The notes: generated by a model not told the origin, from the letters alone. 64,000 bases of DNA from Candidatus Daviesbacteria bacterium (GCA_016186955.1 JACPKP010000003.1:2290-66289), one strand, 5' to 3'; positions 25,919-36,912 are shown, numbered from the stretch's first letter. Numbers and translations: made by a program.

Positions 25919-28372
25919 ATGTATAGTAAGTTGACAGCGGTTTTGGCAATATTTTTCAGCTTTCTGGCTTTTATCCCCAAACCTGTATTTGCAGCTCCCG
26001 GGACCTTGGACTTAAGCTTTGGGACAAATGGCATAGTCAGTACAGAATTTAGTGCGGACCCGGATGCAACTGACGGTACTTTTGCACTGGCCGCAAGTCT
26101 TCAGCCTGATGGGAAAATAGTGGCAGGCGGGTTTGGTTTTACAGGTACAGACTGGGATTTTGCTGTAGCCAGATATAATCCTGATGGTTCGTTGGACACC
26201 ACATTTGATAATGACGGTAAGGTTATGACTTCGTTTGGTTCCACAAGTGAGATTTTAGCTTTAAAAATTCAAGAAGATGGAAAAATAGTGGCTACAGGGG
26301 ATGTTTCCAGTACCACAACCACTTCTGATTTTGGTTTGGTCAGGTACAACAGTGACGGTTCTCTAGATTCTACCTTCGGAATGTCAGGTAAAGTAACAAC
26401 TGATTTTGGTGGCAGCGAGTCCCCTCAGGGTTTAGTTATTCTGAATGATGGCAAAATAATGGTGGCAGGAAACAAAGATGAGAATTTTATGTTAGTAAGA
26501 TATAACTCTAATGGGACTTTGGATACTACCTTCGGTACAAATGGATATGTTGTAACTGATTTTGGTGGTGTTGATGGTGCAACCAGTCTGCTTTTGCAAT
26601 CCGACGGTAAGTTGGTCGCAGGGGGATACAACGGTACAGATTTTGCTTCAACCAGATTTGCTGCAGCCAGGTATAATTCTGACGGTTCTTTAGATACTTC
26701 TTTTGGCACAGGTGGTAAGGTGACCACTGATTTTGGTGCAACATCTATTGCATTCTCCTCGGTTTTACAAAACGATGGTAAAATTATTCTAGCGGGTGAT
26801 GTACGTTTGGCAAATCTTGATTTTGCTTTAGTAAGGTATAATACCGACGGTTCGCTTGATACTGGGTTTGGGAATGGAGGTAAGGTAATAACTGATTTTA
26901 ACAATACCGATGAAGAACTTTTTGCAATAGGGATTCAGACAGACGGTAAAATCCTTGGAACCGGTATGAATAATGGTTTGAATGGGACTGTGTTTGCTTT
27001 GGTCAGATACAATATGAATGGAATGCTGGACACTGATTTCGGGACAGCAGGGAAAGTTACTGCAGAGCTTGGAACTGGTGATAATGCCCAGGCTTTCGCA
27101 TTAGCCATCCAGACTGATGGGCAAGTAGTAGTTAGCGGAATTATATTTAATGGCCCTAAAGCTACTTTTGGGTTAGCTCGGTTTAATACCTCAACTTTAG
27201 AAAATGTTATCCAAACCGTTTCTGCAGGAGGCAGTTTAACCTCTGATTCAGAAAATGATGGTGCAACCAGTGTTGACCCTATTGAAACTACTGTTACCAG
27301 CCCCACCGGTGGAGAAGTTTCTATCAGCGAAATCACCCCCAGCCTACAGCCCCCTTCAGGCTATTCCTTCCTGGGTTCTCAGGTCAATATTACCGCCCCT
27401 GCTGCAACAGCGGAAAACCCGCTGCAGCTGGTGTTCGTTTTAGATTCTACAGTAGTAGCCGGGGCTGATGTCAGTACCATACAAGTATTAAAAAATACTG
27501 TGCCGGTTCCGCCTTGTTTAGGTAGCCCGGGTGTAGCGTCCCCGGATCCGTGTGTATCTTCCAGGACGCTGCTTGCCGATGGGGATGCGCAGATAACAGC
27601 ATTAACTTCAACTGCCAGCAGTTGGAATTTAGCCCTGCAAACTAATTCCGCTCCGCAGCTTTCTCTTACCTCACCTTCCGTCGGGCAGCTGTATGCTTTG
27701 GGAGATGTTGTCAACCTGCAGGCTTCCTTTACTGACTCAAACAGCAGTGATACCCATACATGTGATATTAACTGGGATGACGGCAGCAACAGCCAGGGTG
27801 TAGTGGTTGAATCAAAAAGTTCTTGCGGGGCAAGCCACAGCTTTGGTAGCGCCGGGGTTTACACCATAAATACCACCTTAACAGACAGCCAAGGGGCAGC
27901 TGATGCTAAAAGCGTGATGGTAGTTGTGTACGACCCGAGCGCAGGGTTTGTGACAGGAGGGGGATGGTTGAACTCACCTGCGGGTGCATATACTGCTGAC
28001 CTGGGTCTTGCCGGTGTAGCCAATTTTGGTTTTGTTGCCAAGTACCAAAAAGGAACCAATCTGCCAACAGGGCAAACCGAGTTCCAATTTAAAGTTGCCG
28101 GTTTTAACTTTCACAGCGACAGTTACGAGTGGTTGGTGGTGGCAGGAAGCAAAGCACAATATAAAGGCTCAGGTTCAGTAAACGGGGTTTCAGGTTATAA
28201 CTTTCTTTTAACCGCAACAGATGGTGAGACAAAAGATAATCCGGATAAGTTCAGGATTAAAATTACCAAAGGCAGCCAAGTTGTTTATGATAATGCCTTA
28301 GGCGCCTCAGATGATATTGACTCAGCCAACCCGCAAGAGCTTGGCGGAGGGTCCATTATCATCCACAAGTGA
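25919..28372 (+). CDS. secreted delta-60-repeat (beta-propeller) protein with PKD domain
   Basis: Signal peptide 'MYSKLTAVLAIFFSFLAFIPKPVFA'. At least 8 repeats of 'DGSLDT(T/S)FG.NGKV.TDFGG' (delta-60 repeat pattern). The PKD-like segment has 'CDINWDDGS'. Confidence 0.7.
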   Translation: MYSKLTAVLAIFFSFLAFIPKPVFAAPGTLDLSFGTNGIVSTEFSADPDATDGTFALAASLQPDGKIVAGGFGFTGTDWDFAVARYNPDGSLDTTFDNDGKVMTSFGSTSEILALKIQEDGKIVATGDVSSTTTTSDFGLVRYNSDGSLDSTFGMSGKVTTDFGGSESPQGLVILNDGKIMVAGNKDENFMLVRYNSNGTLDTTFGTNGYVVTDFGGVDGATSLLLQSDGKLVAGGYNGTDFASTRFAAARYNSDGSLDTSFGTGGKVTTDFGATSIAFSSVLQNDGKIILAGDVRLANLDFALVRYNTDGSLDTGFGNGGKVITDFNNTDEELFAIGIQTDGKILGTGMNNGLNGTVFALVRYNMNGMLDTDFGTAGKVTAELGTGDNAQAFALAIQTDGQVVVSGIIFNGPKATFGLARFNTSTLENVIQTVSAGGSLTSDSENDGATSVDPIETTVTSPTGGEVSISEITPSLQPPSGYSFLGSQVNITAPAATAENPLQLVFVLDSTVVAGADVSTIQVLKNTVPVPPCLGSPGVASPDPCVSSRTLLADGDAQITALTSTASSWNLALQTNSAPQLSLTSPSVGQLYALGDVVNLQASFTDSNSSDTHTCDINWDDGSNSQGVVVESKSSCGASHSFGSAGVYTINTTLTDSQGAADAKSVMVVVYDPSAGFVTGGGWLNSPAGAYTADLGLAGVANFGFVAKYQKGTNLPTGQTEFQFKVAGFNFHSDSYEWLVVAGSKAQYKGSGSVNGVSGYNFLLTATDGETKDNPDKFRIKITKGSQVVYDNALGASDDIDSANPQELGGGSIIIHK

Positions 28373-28437
28373 CATCTTCAGTTTAGGTCTTTTTCTGTGA
28401 TAAACTCGGAGTTAGCATCTCAAATCTTAAATCTCAA

Positions 28438-30549
28438 ATGTCAAATCTATTCAAATCACTTAAAGATACCAAAATTCAACTGCTTATCATCCTCGCTCTG
28501 ACTTTTTTGGTTTATGCCAATTCATTGCCAAATAAGCTGCTTTGGGATGACCATTTATTTTTAGAACAGTGGCCGCAGGTACAAAGTTTTAAGAACCTGG
28601 GAGAGGTCCTTAAAGGCTCTGCGCCTCCTTCACAAGGCAAGATCTACAGGCCCTTGCGGGGGGTGTTTTATATGATTGATTACCGGCTCTTTGGGGCAAA
28701 CCCATTTGGGTATAGGGTCCAGGCTGTTTTAATCCACCTTATCAGCACACTTTTAGTCTATTTTATAGTTAGAGAAATTTTGACAAAACATTTCACCCCG
28801 GGGGTGAAAAATTTGAGATTACACCCCCGGGGTGGGGGATATTTACCTTTCATCACAGCCCTTCTCTTTGGCCTGCATCCCATCCACACCGAAACCATTG
28901 ATTATATCTCAACCAGTATGGAAAGTTTTGGGACGGTGTTTTTCTTTTTGAGCTTCTGGCTGTATTTATTGGCTCAAAAGTACACCCTGAAAGTACAAAA
29001 CCGGAGTGAGAATGCATGGTTGTATTTAGCTTCCGTAACCAGCGCTGCCCTGGCTTTTTTTACCTATGAGATGACGCTGACTTTGCCCATCCTGATAGTG
29101 CTGTATGAGCTAACCTTGGGTCAATTTCAAATTTCTAATTTCAAATTTCTAATTAAGATATTGCCTTACTTTGTGGCAGCTATAATCTTTGTGGTTATCA
29201 GGTTCAGCGTGCTTGGTTTAATCTCTAGGACAGATTACCTGGGTTATAGCTTTTACCTGACCCAGCTTACCATGGTGAAGGTTTTTGTGCGCTACATTGG
29301 GCTTTTACTTTTTCCGATTAACCAGACTGCCATCCACAACCTGGTGGGGGATTTTCCCTCCTCAATGATCCCTTATGATAAACTTGAACCTGTTTTAAAC
29401 CAGACCATCTTTGATAAAGATGTCTTGCTTGCTATATCAGTGGTACTGGGGCTGATTTTGGCAGCAGTTAAATATATCAGAAAATATCCAATTGTATCAT
29501 TTTCAATTTTATGGTTTTTCATAAGCCTGTTGCCTGTCTCTTATATCATTCCGCACGGCGGAGCCATGGCAGAAAAGTACCTGTATATCCCATCATTTGG
29601 ATTTGTACTAATAATCGGCTTCCTTATAGTTCAAAGTGCAAAACTTAAAGTGCAAAATTATAATTTAAAGCTAAAAAGTTCTAAGTTTTACACTATAGTT
29701 TTTACCTTTACACTTTTACTTCTAATTTCCTACTCCGTACTAACCATTCAAAGAAATACTGTTTGGAAGGATGACATTTCGCTTTTTTCCGACGTAGTTA
29801 AAAAATCACCGGAAAACCTGTTGGCAAACTACAATTTGGGCATCTGGTTTGGCAACTTTAACAAGCTTGAGGAAGCCGCAGCCCATTACCAGATAGCAAT
29901 TGATAAAGCCCCTGATTTTTTGGAGGCAAGGTATAACCTTGGGAATATTTACGCACGGGTTGCGCAATTTGAAAATGCTACAGCGCAGTACACGTATATT
30001 TTAAATATTAACCCCGGCCATAAACAAAGCCAAAATATTTTAAATAACATGGTTCTTTTAAAAACAGCATCTCCTTCAGCCCTGCTTAATTCCCCAAACC
30101 TGATGGTAGGTTTTACAACTAAAAATGGGTTGCAGTTTTCTTTCCCTGCCTTCTGGTCTAAGGGTGAGTTAAGGAAGGCAGTTTCAGAAAAAGAGACCAA
30201 AACAGGAAAAACTACACCTGTTAGCGATGAGGCTGTCGGCACCAGCCTTGAGTCTCCTGACGGGTTCAAAATCCAAATTATTGAAGACAGTTTGGGGAAA
30301 AAGAATATGGAGGAATATATAAATGGCCAAAAAGAGACCCATGGTAAGCTGGTAAACCAGGGGTTGGCCCAAATCCCGAATGCAGAGGGTGCTTTTGTTA
30401 AGGTTTGGGAAGGGGATGGTGTAACAAAACTCCAGTTCTTTCTTTTTATAAAGAAAAAAGTAATCCAGATAATAGCCTATCCGGCCGGTTTACCTTCAAT
30501 GCCGATTTTTGATGCCTTTTTAGGGTCTTTGAAGCTACATGACACATAA
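28438..30549 (+). CDS. TMTC-like (DUF1736) GT-C glycosyltransferase with C-terminal TPR repeats and conserved C-terminal 'YPA' module (paralog A)
   Basis: N-terminal 'LLIILALTFLVYANSLPNKLLWDDHLFLEQW' (loop-1 acidic motif of GT-C O-mannosyltransferase-like enzymes) and ~11 TM helices. TPRs ('YNLGIWFGNFNKLEEAAAHYQIAIDKAPDF...'). C-terminal 'KLQFFLFIKKKVIQIIAYPAGLPSM'. In-frame palindromic element at 28794-28834 and heptamer repeat at 29118-29150. Confidence 0.65.
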   Translation: MSNLFKSLKDTKIQLLIILALTFLVYANSLPNKLLWDDHLFLEQWPQVQSFKNLGEVLKGSAPPSQGKIYRPLRGVFYMIDYRLFGANPFGYRVQAVLIHLISTLLVYFIVREILTKHFTPGVKNLRLHPRGGGYLPFITALLFGLHPIHTETIDYISTSMESFGTVFFFLSFWLYLLAQKYTLKVQNRSENAWLYLASVTSAALAFFTYEMTLTLPILIVLYELTLGQFQISNFKFLIKILPYFVAAIIFVVIRFSVLGLISRTDYLGYSFYLTQLTMVKVFVRYIGLLLFPINQTAIHNLVGDFPSSMIPYDKLEPVLNQTIFDKDVLLAISVVLGLILAAVKYIRKYPIVSFSILWFFISLLPVSYIIPHGGAMAEKYLYIPSFGFVLIIGFLIVQSAKLKVQNYNLKLKSSKFYTIVFTFTLLLLISYSVLTIQRNTVWKDDISLFSDVVKKSPENLLANYNLGIWFGNFNKLEEAAAHYQIAIDKAPDFLEARYNLGNIYARVAQFENATAQYTYILNINPGHKQSQNILNNMVLLKTASPSALLNSPNLMVGFTTKNGLQFSFPAFWSKGELRKAVSEKETKTGKTTPVSDEAVGTSLESPDGFKIQIIEDSLGKKNMEEYINGQKETHGKLVNQGLAQIPNAEGAFVKVWEGDGVTKLQFFLFIKKKVIQIIAYPAGLPSMPIFDAFLGSLKLHDT
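28794..28834. repeat. GC-rich palindromic mini-element (caccccgggggtg - N15 - cacccccggggtg), in-frame
   Basis: Encodes 'TPGVKNLRLHPRGG'. Homologous copies at 44436-44476 and 53125-53165, with partial copies at 39030-39050 and 25178-25204. Confidence 0.65.
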
Positions 30550-32662
30550 AATATTCAAGTTTTATCCGATGGTTATACTTTTGACCCTGCTGGTTATCTT
30601 TTTTGGAAAAGCCTTAACAGGCCAGGAAATTTTTGTCACACCGGATATTGGCGGGAGTGATATTTTGCACTATGAGTATGCGACAAAATACTTTTTATCG
30701 GAGTCGTTGAAAAAACACCAATTACCTTTGTGGAACCCGTATATCGCAACAGGTTTCCCGCAAATGGGTACGATAACAGGGGATTTTAACCCGGTTAACT
30801 TATTACTTTTTTATTTTTTGCCAATGCCTTTGGTGTTTAACCTTTACTTAGCTTTGACCTTCTTTTTGACAGGGTTTTTTACTTACCTTTTTGCCAGGTC
30901 TTTAAAAATTTCCCGGTTGGGCAGCCTGCTTTGCTCAATTTCCATCACATTCTCCGGCATTTTGGTTACAAAAATTGTCCATTCAATCATGTTACAAACT
31001 TTTACTTTTTTCCCGCTTGAGCTTTATTTTGTTGAAAAGTATTTACAAAAAAAAAGATTATTCTTCATTTTATGCCTATCTTTGGCAATCGGGCTCCAAA
31101 TCTTATCAGGCTATTTACAGATAGTACTTTACTGCCTGATCATTCTTCTGCTGTATTTTGGTTTAAGGTTGTACTTGGAACAAGCGCTCCGCTTAAAGAG
31201 TATGTGTATTATTTTTGCTGCAATCATAATAGGTTTTATCATTGCTTCTGTCCAGCTTCTGCCCAACCTGGAGTTCACAGGGCTTTCTACCCGCTCCGGC
31301 GGAGTGGACATAGAAGTTGTTGAAAAACTTCCTTACCCGCTGCAGCACCTGGTTACGTTTATATGGCCGTATCTTTTAGGTGATCCGCGCAGCGGGACAT
31401 ACCCCTGGTATTCAGAGAATTGGGGAATTTTTTGGGAAAACACCGGTTATATTGGTATTTTACCTTTGATCCTGGCTTTTTTGGCTGTATTTTGGGGCTT
31501 GAAAAAGAATTCCAATGTGGTGATTTTTTTTCTGATTATCACATTTACTTTTTTCTTAATGCTTGGTAAATATTCCCCTGTTTTTTTCCTCTATAACATC
31601 CCGCCCCTGTCTTTTTTTAGGGTCCCGGCCAGATGGATAATATTTTTTACATTCGGGTTGGTCATTCTCGCCGGTTTTGGTTTTGACCAATTTTTTAAAA
31701 AATCCGCCATCGGAAAACACCGCAAGAGCATAATACCAATGGTTATTTTAGCCTTAATAGTGTTAAATTTATTTGCTTTTTCATTCTTTTATAATCCCAG
31801 AGGCGATGCTTTAACCTGGCTTAATGAACCTGAAACAGTAAAGTTTTTAAAAACGGATCTATCGGATTATAGGATTATATCTTTTGGGACTCCTGTCTTA
31901 TGGAACAAACAATTACAGAGTAAGGGTTGGGATACCAAAGCCGATGGATTTAAAGCCTTTTTACAAGGTCTGGAGCCAAACTGGAATGTTGTATATAGGA
32001 TTAACCATGCCGGTCTTTATGCTGTTATCCAGACCCAGAGGGGGAGTACCTTAAATTCAGCTTTAAAACGGAATATTGGCGGACAGGCAAGGGATTTGCT
32101 GGATTTGGAAAATGTTAAATACATAATTTCTCCCCTGCCTGTTGACGGCAGGGATTTAGAGTTGGTATTTACATCAAGCAGCCAGCCTAAATATTATATA
32201 TACCAAAATAAAACAGTGTCAGCCAGGGTTTTTTTAGTTTCAAATTGGGTGCTTATCCCTGACCAGACAGGGCAGTACCAGGCTTTAATGGCAGGGGATG
32301 TTAATTTCAAGAAAACTGCAATCGTTGAGCAGGAAATTCCAAATTTAGGATTTAAGAATGGAGAAGCAAAAATACTTAAGCACGGTAACAATAACGTAGA
32401 GGTTGCAGCCAACTTAGACGGTGACGGGTTGCTGGTTTTGGCAGATTCCTATTATCCGGGATGGAGAGCAACAGTGGACGGTGTTGAAACAAAAATACTG
32501 CCGGTCAATATCAACCAAAGAGGGGTATTATTAAGAACAGGGGAGCATATTGTTAAATTTAAGTTTCAGCCTGAAAGCCTTAAGTGGGGAATTATAATAA
32601 GTGCCCTGTCTTTACTGATAGTTACATCTTTAGTCGTGTTTTTTAAGAAAAAAGATTTATAA
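30539..32662 (+). CDS. YfhO-family polytopic membrane protein (GT-C-type glycosyltransferase family)
   Basis: 707 aa, many TM helices. The C-terminal 'LVLADSYYPGWRATVDGVETKILPVNINQRGVLLRTGEHIVKFKFQP' matches the characteristic YfhO C-terminal beta-region (Y.GW.A.V.G......N..F.G). Confidence 0.6.
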   Translation: MTHKIFKFYPMVILLTLLVIFFGKALTGQEIFVTPDIGGSDILHYEYATKYFLSESLKKHQLPLWNPYIATGFPQMGTITGDFNPVNLLLFYFLPMPLVFNLYLALTFFLTGFFTYLFARSLKISRLGSLLCSISITFSGILVTKIVHSIMLQTFTFFPLELYFVEKYLQKKRLFFILCLSLAIGLQILSGYLQIVLYCLIILLLYFGLRLYLEQALRLKSMCIIFAAIIIGFIIASVQLLPNLEFTGLSTRSGGVDIEVVEKLPYPLQHLVTFIWPYLLGDPRSGTYPWYSENWGIFWENTGYIGILPLILAFLAVFWGLKKNSNVVIFFLIITFTFFLMLGKYSPVFFLYNIPPLSFFRVPARWIIFFTFGLVILAGFGFDQFFKKSAIGKHRKSIIPMVILALIVLNLFAFSFFYNPRGDALTWLNEPETVKFLKTDLSDYRIISFGTPVLWNKQLQSKGWDTKADGFKAFLQGLEPNWNVVYRINHAGLYAVIQTQRGSTLNSALKRNIGGQARDLLDLENVKYIISPLPVDGRDLELVFTSSSQPKYYIYQNKTVSARVFLVSNWVLIPDQTGQYQALMAGDVNFKKTAIVEQEIPNLGFKNGEAKILKHGNNNVEVAANLDGDGLLVLADSYYPGWRATVDGVETKILPVNINQRGVLLRTGEHIVKFKFQPESLKWGIIISALSLLIVTSLVVFFKKKDL

Positions 32663-32664
32663 CC

Positions 32665-34813
32665 ATGAAGTATTTTCGGTCGACGAAAGTTCAGATATTA
32701 ATAATAATTTTAGCTACTTTTTTAGCTTATTTAAACATCTTCCAAAATGGGTTTGTGGTAGATGATGAGGATTTCATAGTTAACTGGAAAGAAAAGCAGG
32801 AGATCACAAACGTTCCCCTGATGTTGAAGGGTAATAATCCACCTAAGTTTGGAGGGATATATAGGCCTATTAGAGGAGTATTGTACACATTTTATGATCA
32901 AATATTCGGTGCTAACCCTTTTGGTTACCACCTCCACTCAATCCTGGTCCACCTAGGGGTAACTGTTTTGGTTTACTTTATAACCAGGCAGCTTATACAG
33001 GGTTTAGGGTCTAGGGGTTGGGGTTTAGGGTTGGAAGTTAAAACTAAAAAAAATTCAACTATACCCTATACCCTACCCCAAAGGGGTAAGCTCCGCTTAT
33101 ACCCTATACCCTTTATTTCTGCCCTGCTTTTTGGCCTGCACCCTATCCATACTGACCGGGGTCTTTTTTATGCTTGCAGCGCTCCATCTTTATTTAATTG
33201 AGAAAAAAATGTATTCATATATTTTTGCAATTCTTGCCTTCTTTAGCTATGAACCTGCGTTAGTTTTAATACCCCTGCTGGTTACTTACGACGTGTTAAT
33301 TAAAAAAATACCATTAAGGGAAACGCTTAGTAACATTAAAAAATATTTGCCGTATCTGCTGGCAGGGTTAAGCTTTATTTTTATCAGGCTGGTATTAATT
33401 GGGCGGAACCCTGCGCATTTTAAATATTTAGCAGACAGCTTTTACCATACCCAGCTTATAATGACGAAGGTTTTTGTCAAATATTTAAGCCTGCTTATAG
33501 CCCCGTTTAATTTATCCTTAAACCACATCATAGACCCTGACTTTGAAACTTTTAACCCGCCTGTTAATGATTTTAAGTCATTTACCTCCCAGTCAATCCT
33601 TGACCCCTGGGTTATTACCTCAATTTTAATCATAGCCACCCTGATATTTATAACAATAAAATTTAGAAATAAGCTGCCTCTGGTTTCATTTGGGCTGGCC
33701 TGGATTTTTATATCTTTCCTGCCTTATGCCAATTTAGTTCCACAGCCTACCCCGCTTGCAGAAAGATACCTATATATAGCATCATTTGGCTTTTGTTTAT
33801 TACTGGGATACCTTTTAGTGGAAATTTCAAATTTCAAATTTCAAATTTCAAATTATTTTCTTTTTACTCTTTTCTTTTTACTCTTTTCTTTTTACTTCTA
33901 CCAGACTTACCAAAGGAACAAAGACTGGAAGGAGAAAGGCAGCCTTTGGCAGAGAGCTTTAGTTTATTACCCAAACAGCGCTTTCGCAAGTTATATTATG
34001 GCTAGGGTGAACCAGGAAAAAGGCAACCTGCCGGAAGCTATAAAATTTTACAACCAGACTGCAAATCTCCAACCAGGCTATGTAACTGCATATCTGGAAT
34101 TGGGTAGGCTTTACCACAAAAACAACCAGCTGGATAAGGCGTTAGAGGTACTAGTCAAAGCTACACAGCTTGAGCTTGAGCCGATAGATGAAAACAGGTT
34201 GGATGCATCTATCGGAGAGCTGGCAAAAGTTTACACTGAGATAGGATTTATCTACCGGGAGAAAAAAAAGTTTAAAGAGGCCTACACTAACTTTGAACAG
34301 GCGCTATCGTTATATTCAGGATACTTGCCTGCAAAGGTAAGCATTGAAACTCTGTTAAAAGATCATCCTGAGCTAAACGAACTGGCTAAAATTTACTCAA
34401 TGGAGAATTGGACAGAATATCATTCAAAATCCGGGCTGTCTTTTCAGTACCCCAAAATATGGGATATTAGTGAAAATGATGGGCAAATTCATATTTTTAC
34501 AAAAGATAAAAGCGCTAATATTGAGATAATTGTTGATGGGTTTTCTACATCAAAAGAAGAATATCTTAAAAATCAGACAGATATGCATGGAATGTTGGTA
34601 AACCAACGGTATACCAGGCTGCCTAATGCTGATAATGTTTATGCCAAGATTTGGAACGATCCTACGCCGGAAAGCACCGGAAGTGGAGTCCCGAAGCTGC
34701 AATTTTATGTTTTCAAACCCAAAAATGTCATTAAGTTATTCGTTTACCCAGCTGAAATTTCCTTGAAGGTAGTTTTAGACAGTCTAATGCGGAGCTTAAA
34801 GTTAACAATTTAA
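32665..34813 (+). pseudogene. TMTC-like GT-C/TPR glycosyltransferase paralog split by +1 frameshift next to a ~170-bp palindromic element (fragments 32665-33201 and 33131-34813)
   Basis: The N-terminal fragment ends right after the element-encoded '...LYPIPFISALLFGLHPIHT'. The C-terminal fragment resumes at 'TGVFFMLAALHLYL', so ~15 aa of the conserved core (ETIDYISTSMESFG in paralog A) are missing and the frame changes. The C-terminal part retains TPRs and the 'KLQFYVFKPKNVIKLFVYPAE' module. Confidence 0.5.
32985..33152. repeat. ~170-bp G/T-rich palindromic insertion element (copy 1)
   Basis: 'cagcttatacagggtttagggtctaggggttggggtttagggttggaagttaaaactaaaaaaaattcaactataccctataccctaccccaaaggggtaagctccgcttataccctataccc...ccatact'. 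Nearly identical to 35163-35330. Arms 'ggggttggggtttagggt' / 'accctataccctacccc' are partly complementary. Confidence 0.7.
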
Positions 34814-34829
34814 TCTTAAAAATAAAGTT

Positions 34830-36912
34830 ATGGAGACAAAATTCAAATTTCTGAAACAAACCAAAATTCAGGTTTTAATCATTGTTTTGCTAACCCTTTT
34901 GGCTTACTCCAACATCTTTCAGAATGAATTTGCTGTTGATGACCTTTATCTGATCGTCAAATGGGAGAGGATACATAACTTATCAATTATCCCGGAGCTT
35001 TTTGTAAAGGATACGTTGGAAACAGGCTATACAGGTTACAGGCCTCTGCGTACAACAATCATCGCTATTCTTTACAATATTTTCAGGGAAAATACATTCG
35101 GCTATCATTTGTATTCAATTCTGGTGCATCTTAGTTCAACTCTTTTAGTCTATTTTTTAGCCAGACAGCTTATACAGGGTTTAGGGTTTAGGGGTTGGGG
35201 TTTAGGGTTGGAAGTTAAAACTAAAAAAAATTCAACTATACCCTATACCCTACCCCAAAGGGGTAAGCTCCGCTTATACCCTATACCCTTTATTTCTGCC
35301 CTGCTTTTTGGCCTGCACCCTATCCATACTTAAGCCAAAACTGATGCTTTTGTCCTCAATCCTTCTCGGGGTATTGGCATATTTGACTTTTGAGATCACC
35401 TACATCCTACCGCTGTTGATTTTTGCCGCTGAAATAATTTTATTCCCCGGCAAAATTAAATCCCGGTTAATCAAAGCTTTCAAAATAACACTTCCTTTTA
35501 CCCTGATTGTAGCAATAATTTTTCTCATCAGGTATCAGGTATTATCGCTAGGGGAATTTAAGGTAAATTATTTGGCGGGCAGTTTTTACTTAACTCAGGT
35601 ATTGATGCTGAAAGTACTACTCAAATATCTTCTTCTGCTGATTTATCCTGTGAATTTATCGTTAAACCACGTTATCTCCGGGAATTTTGAAACTTTTCGG
35701 GTGAACATCAATAGTTTTGATTGGTTTATTCATCAATCTATCCTAGAACCACAACCAATACTTGCATTGTTAATTGTTATATCACTAACGCTTTTGGTAT
35801 TTTGGTGCAGAAAGAAAAATCCCCTGGTATCGTTTTCAATAGCATGGTTGTTTATCAGCTTTTTACCTTTTTTTAACCTCATACCCCAGGCAACCGCTCT
35901 TTCGGAAAGGTATCTATATGTTGCCTCGTTTGGGTTCATACTTTTTTTATGCTGCGTATTATTTTATTTACCGAAAAAGTTGGGCTTTTTAATATTGATA
36001 TTGCTGGTAATTTCTTATGGAACCTTAACTTACCGTAGAAATTTTGATTGGAAATATGCATCATCGATTTGGGAGGCGATGTTGAGGGCCTATCCTAAAA
36101 GCGCCCTGGCAAATTATTTCGTAGGAACAATCTTTGAAGAGCGCCGTGAAAATGACGAAGCTATTTACTACTACCAGAGATCTTTAGAACTAAATCCCAA
36201 TATGGATTATGCCTATAATAGCCTGGCCTACCTTTATTTTAAACAAGGCAATTCGGCTCTGGCAAAAAATTTACTTCTACAAGAGTTGAAGATCCAAAAT
36301 AAGATATTAGATCGGAATCAAACGGATGTATTGTTAAATTTATCTGAAAGTTATGCCTTGTTAAGCAAAATAGCGCTAAAAGAAAAAAAATTTGATGAGG
36401 CTTTTGAATATTCTCAAAAAGCAATAACAGTAGATGCCGATAACCAAGATGCCTTTTTAGCGCAGGATTTGATATTGGCTGAGAAGCCGGAGTTCAAAAA
36501 AAATGCAGCCCTTTTCGACCCTAAAGGATGGCAACAGTTTACAAATAAAAATTATGCCTTTGCTTATCCTATAAATTGGTCAGCTGAAGAGAAAGAGGGC
36601 AAAATAGTTTTACATCCGTTTAAAAGACAATATGAAATAACTATAGAGAAAATAGATGGTTTTACAAATTCAGACAAAGATTTGTTTTTGAAATCACAAA
36701 ATCAATCTTTTGGAACCTTGGTTAAAGAAGAATCTGCCAAAGTGCCTGATACGGAGTGGGCATATGCCAGGATATGGAATGACCACGAACAACCCAGGCT
36801 TGAGTTTTATATCAGTAAAAAGGGGATAATCTTCAGGGTAATCGCCTTTCCCTCAACGTTCGCTTTAAAAGAAATATTTGATAAGGTCATACAATCCATA
36901 CAGGTATTTTGA
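34830..36912 (+). pseudogene. TMTC-like GT-C/TPR glycosyltransferase paralog split at the same element (fragments 34830-35333 and 35308-36912)
   Basis: The N-fragment terminates with a TAA immediately after the element ('HPIHT*'). The C-fragment resumes ~50 aa further into the conserved membrane core ('LSSILLGVLAYLTFEITYILPL'). It retains TPRs and the 'RLEFYISKKGIIFRVIAFPST' C-terminal module. Confidence 0.5.
35163..35330. repeat. ~170-bp G/T-rich palindromic insertion element (copy 2)
   Basis: Near-identical to 32985-33152 (single-nucleotide differences only). Confidence 0.7.
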
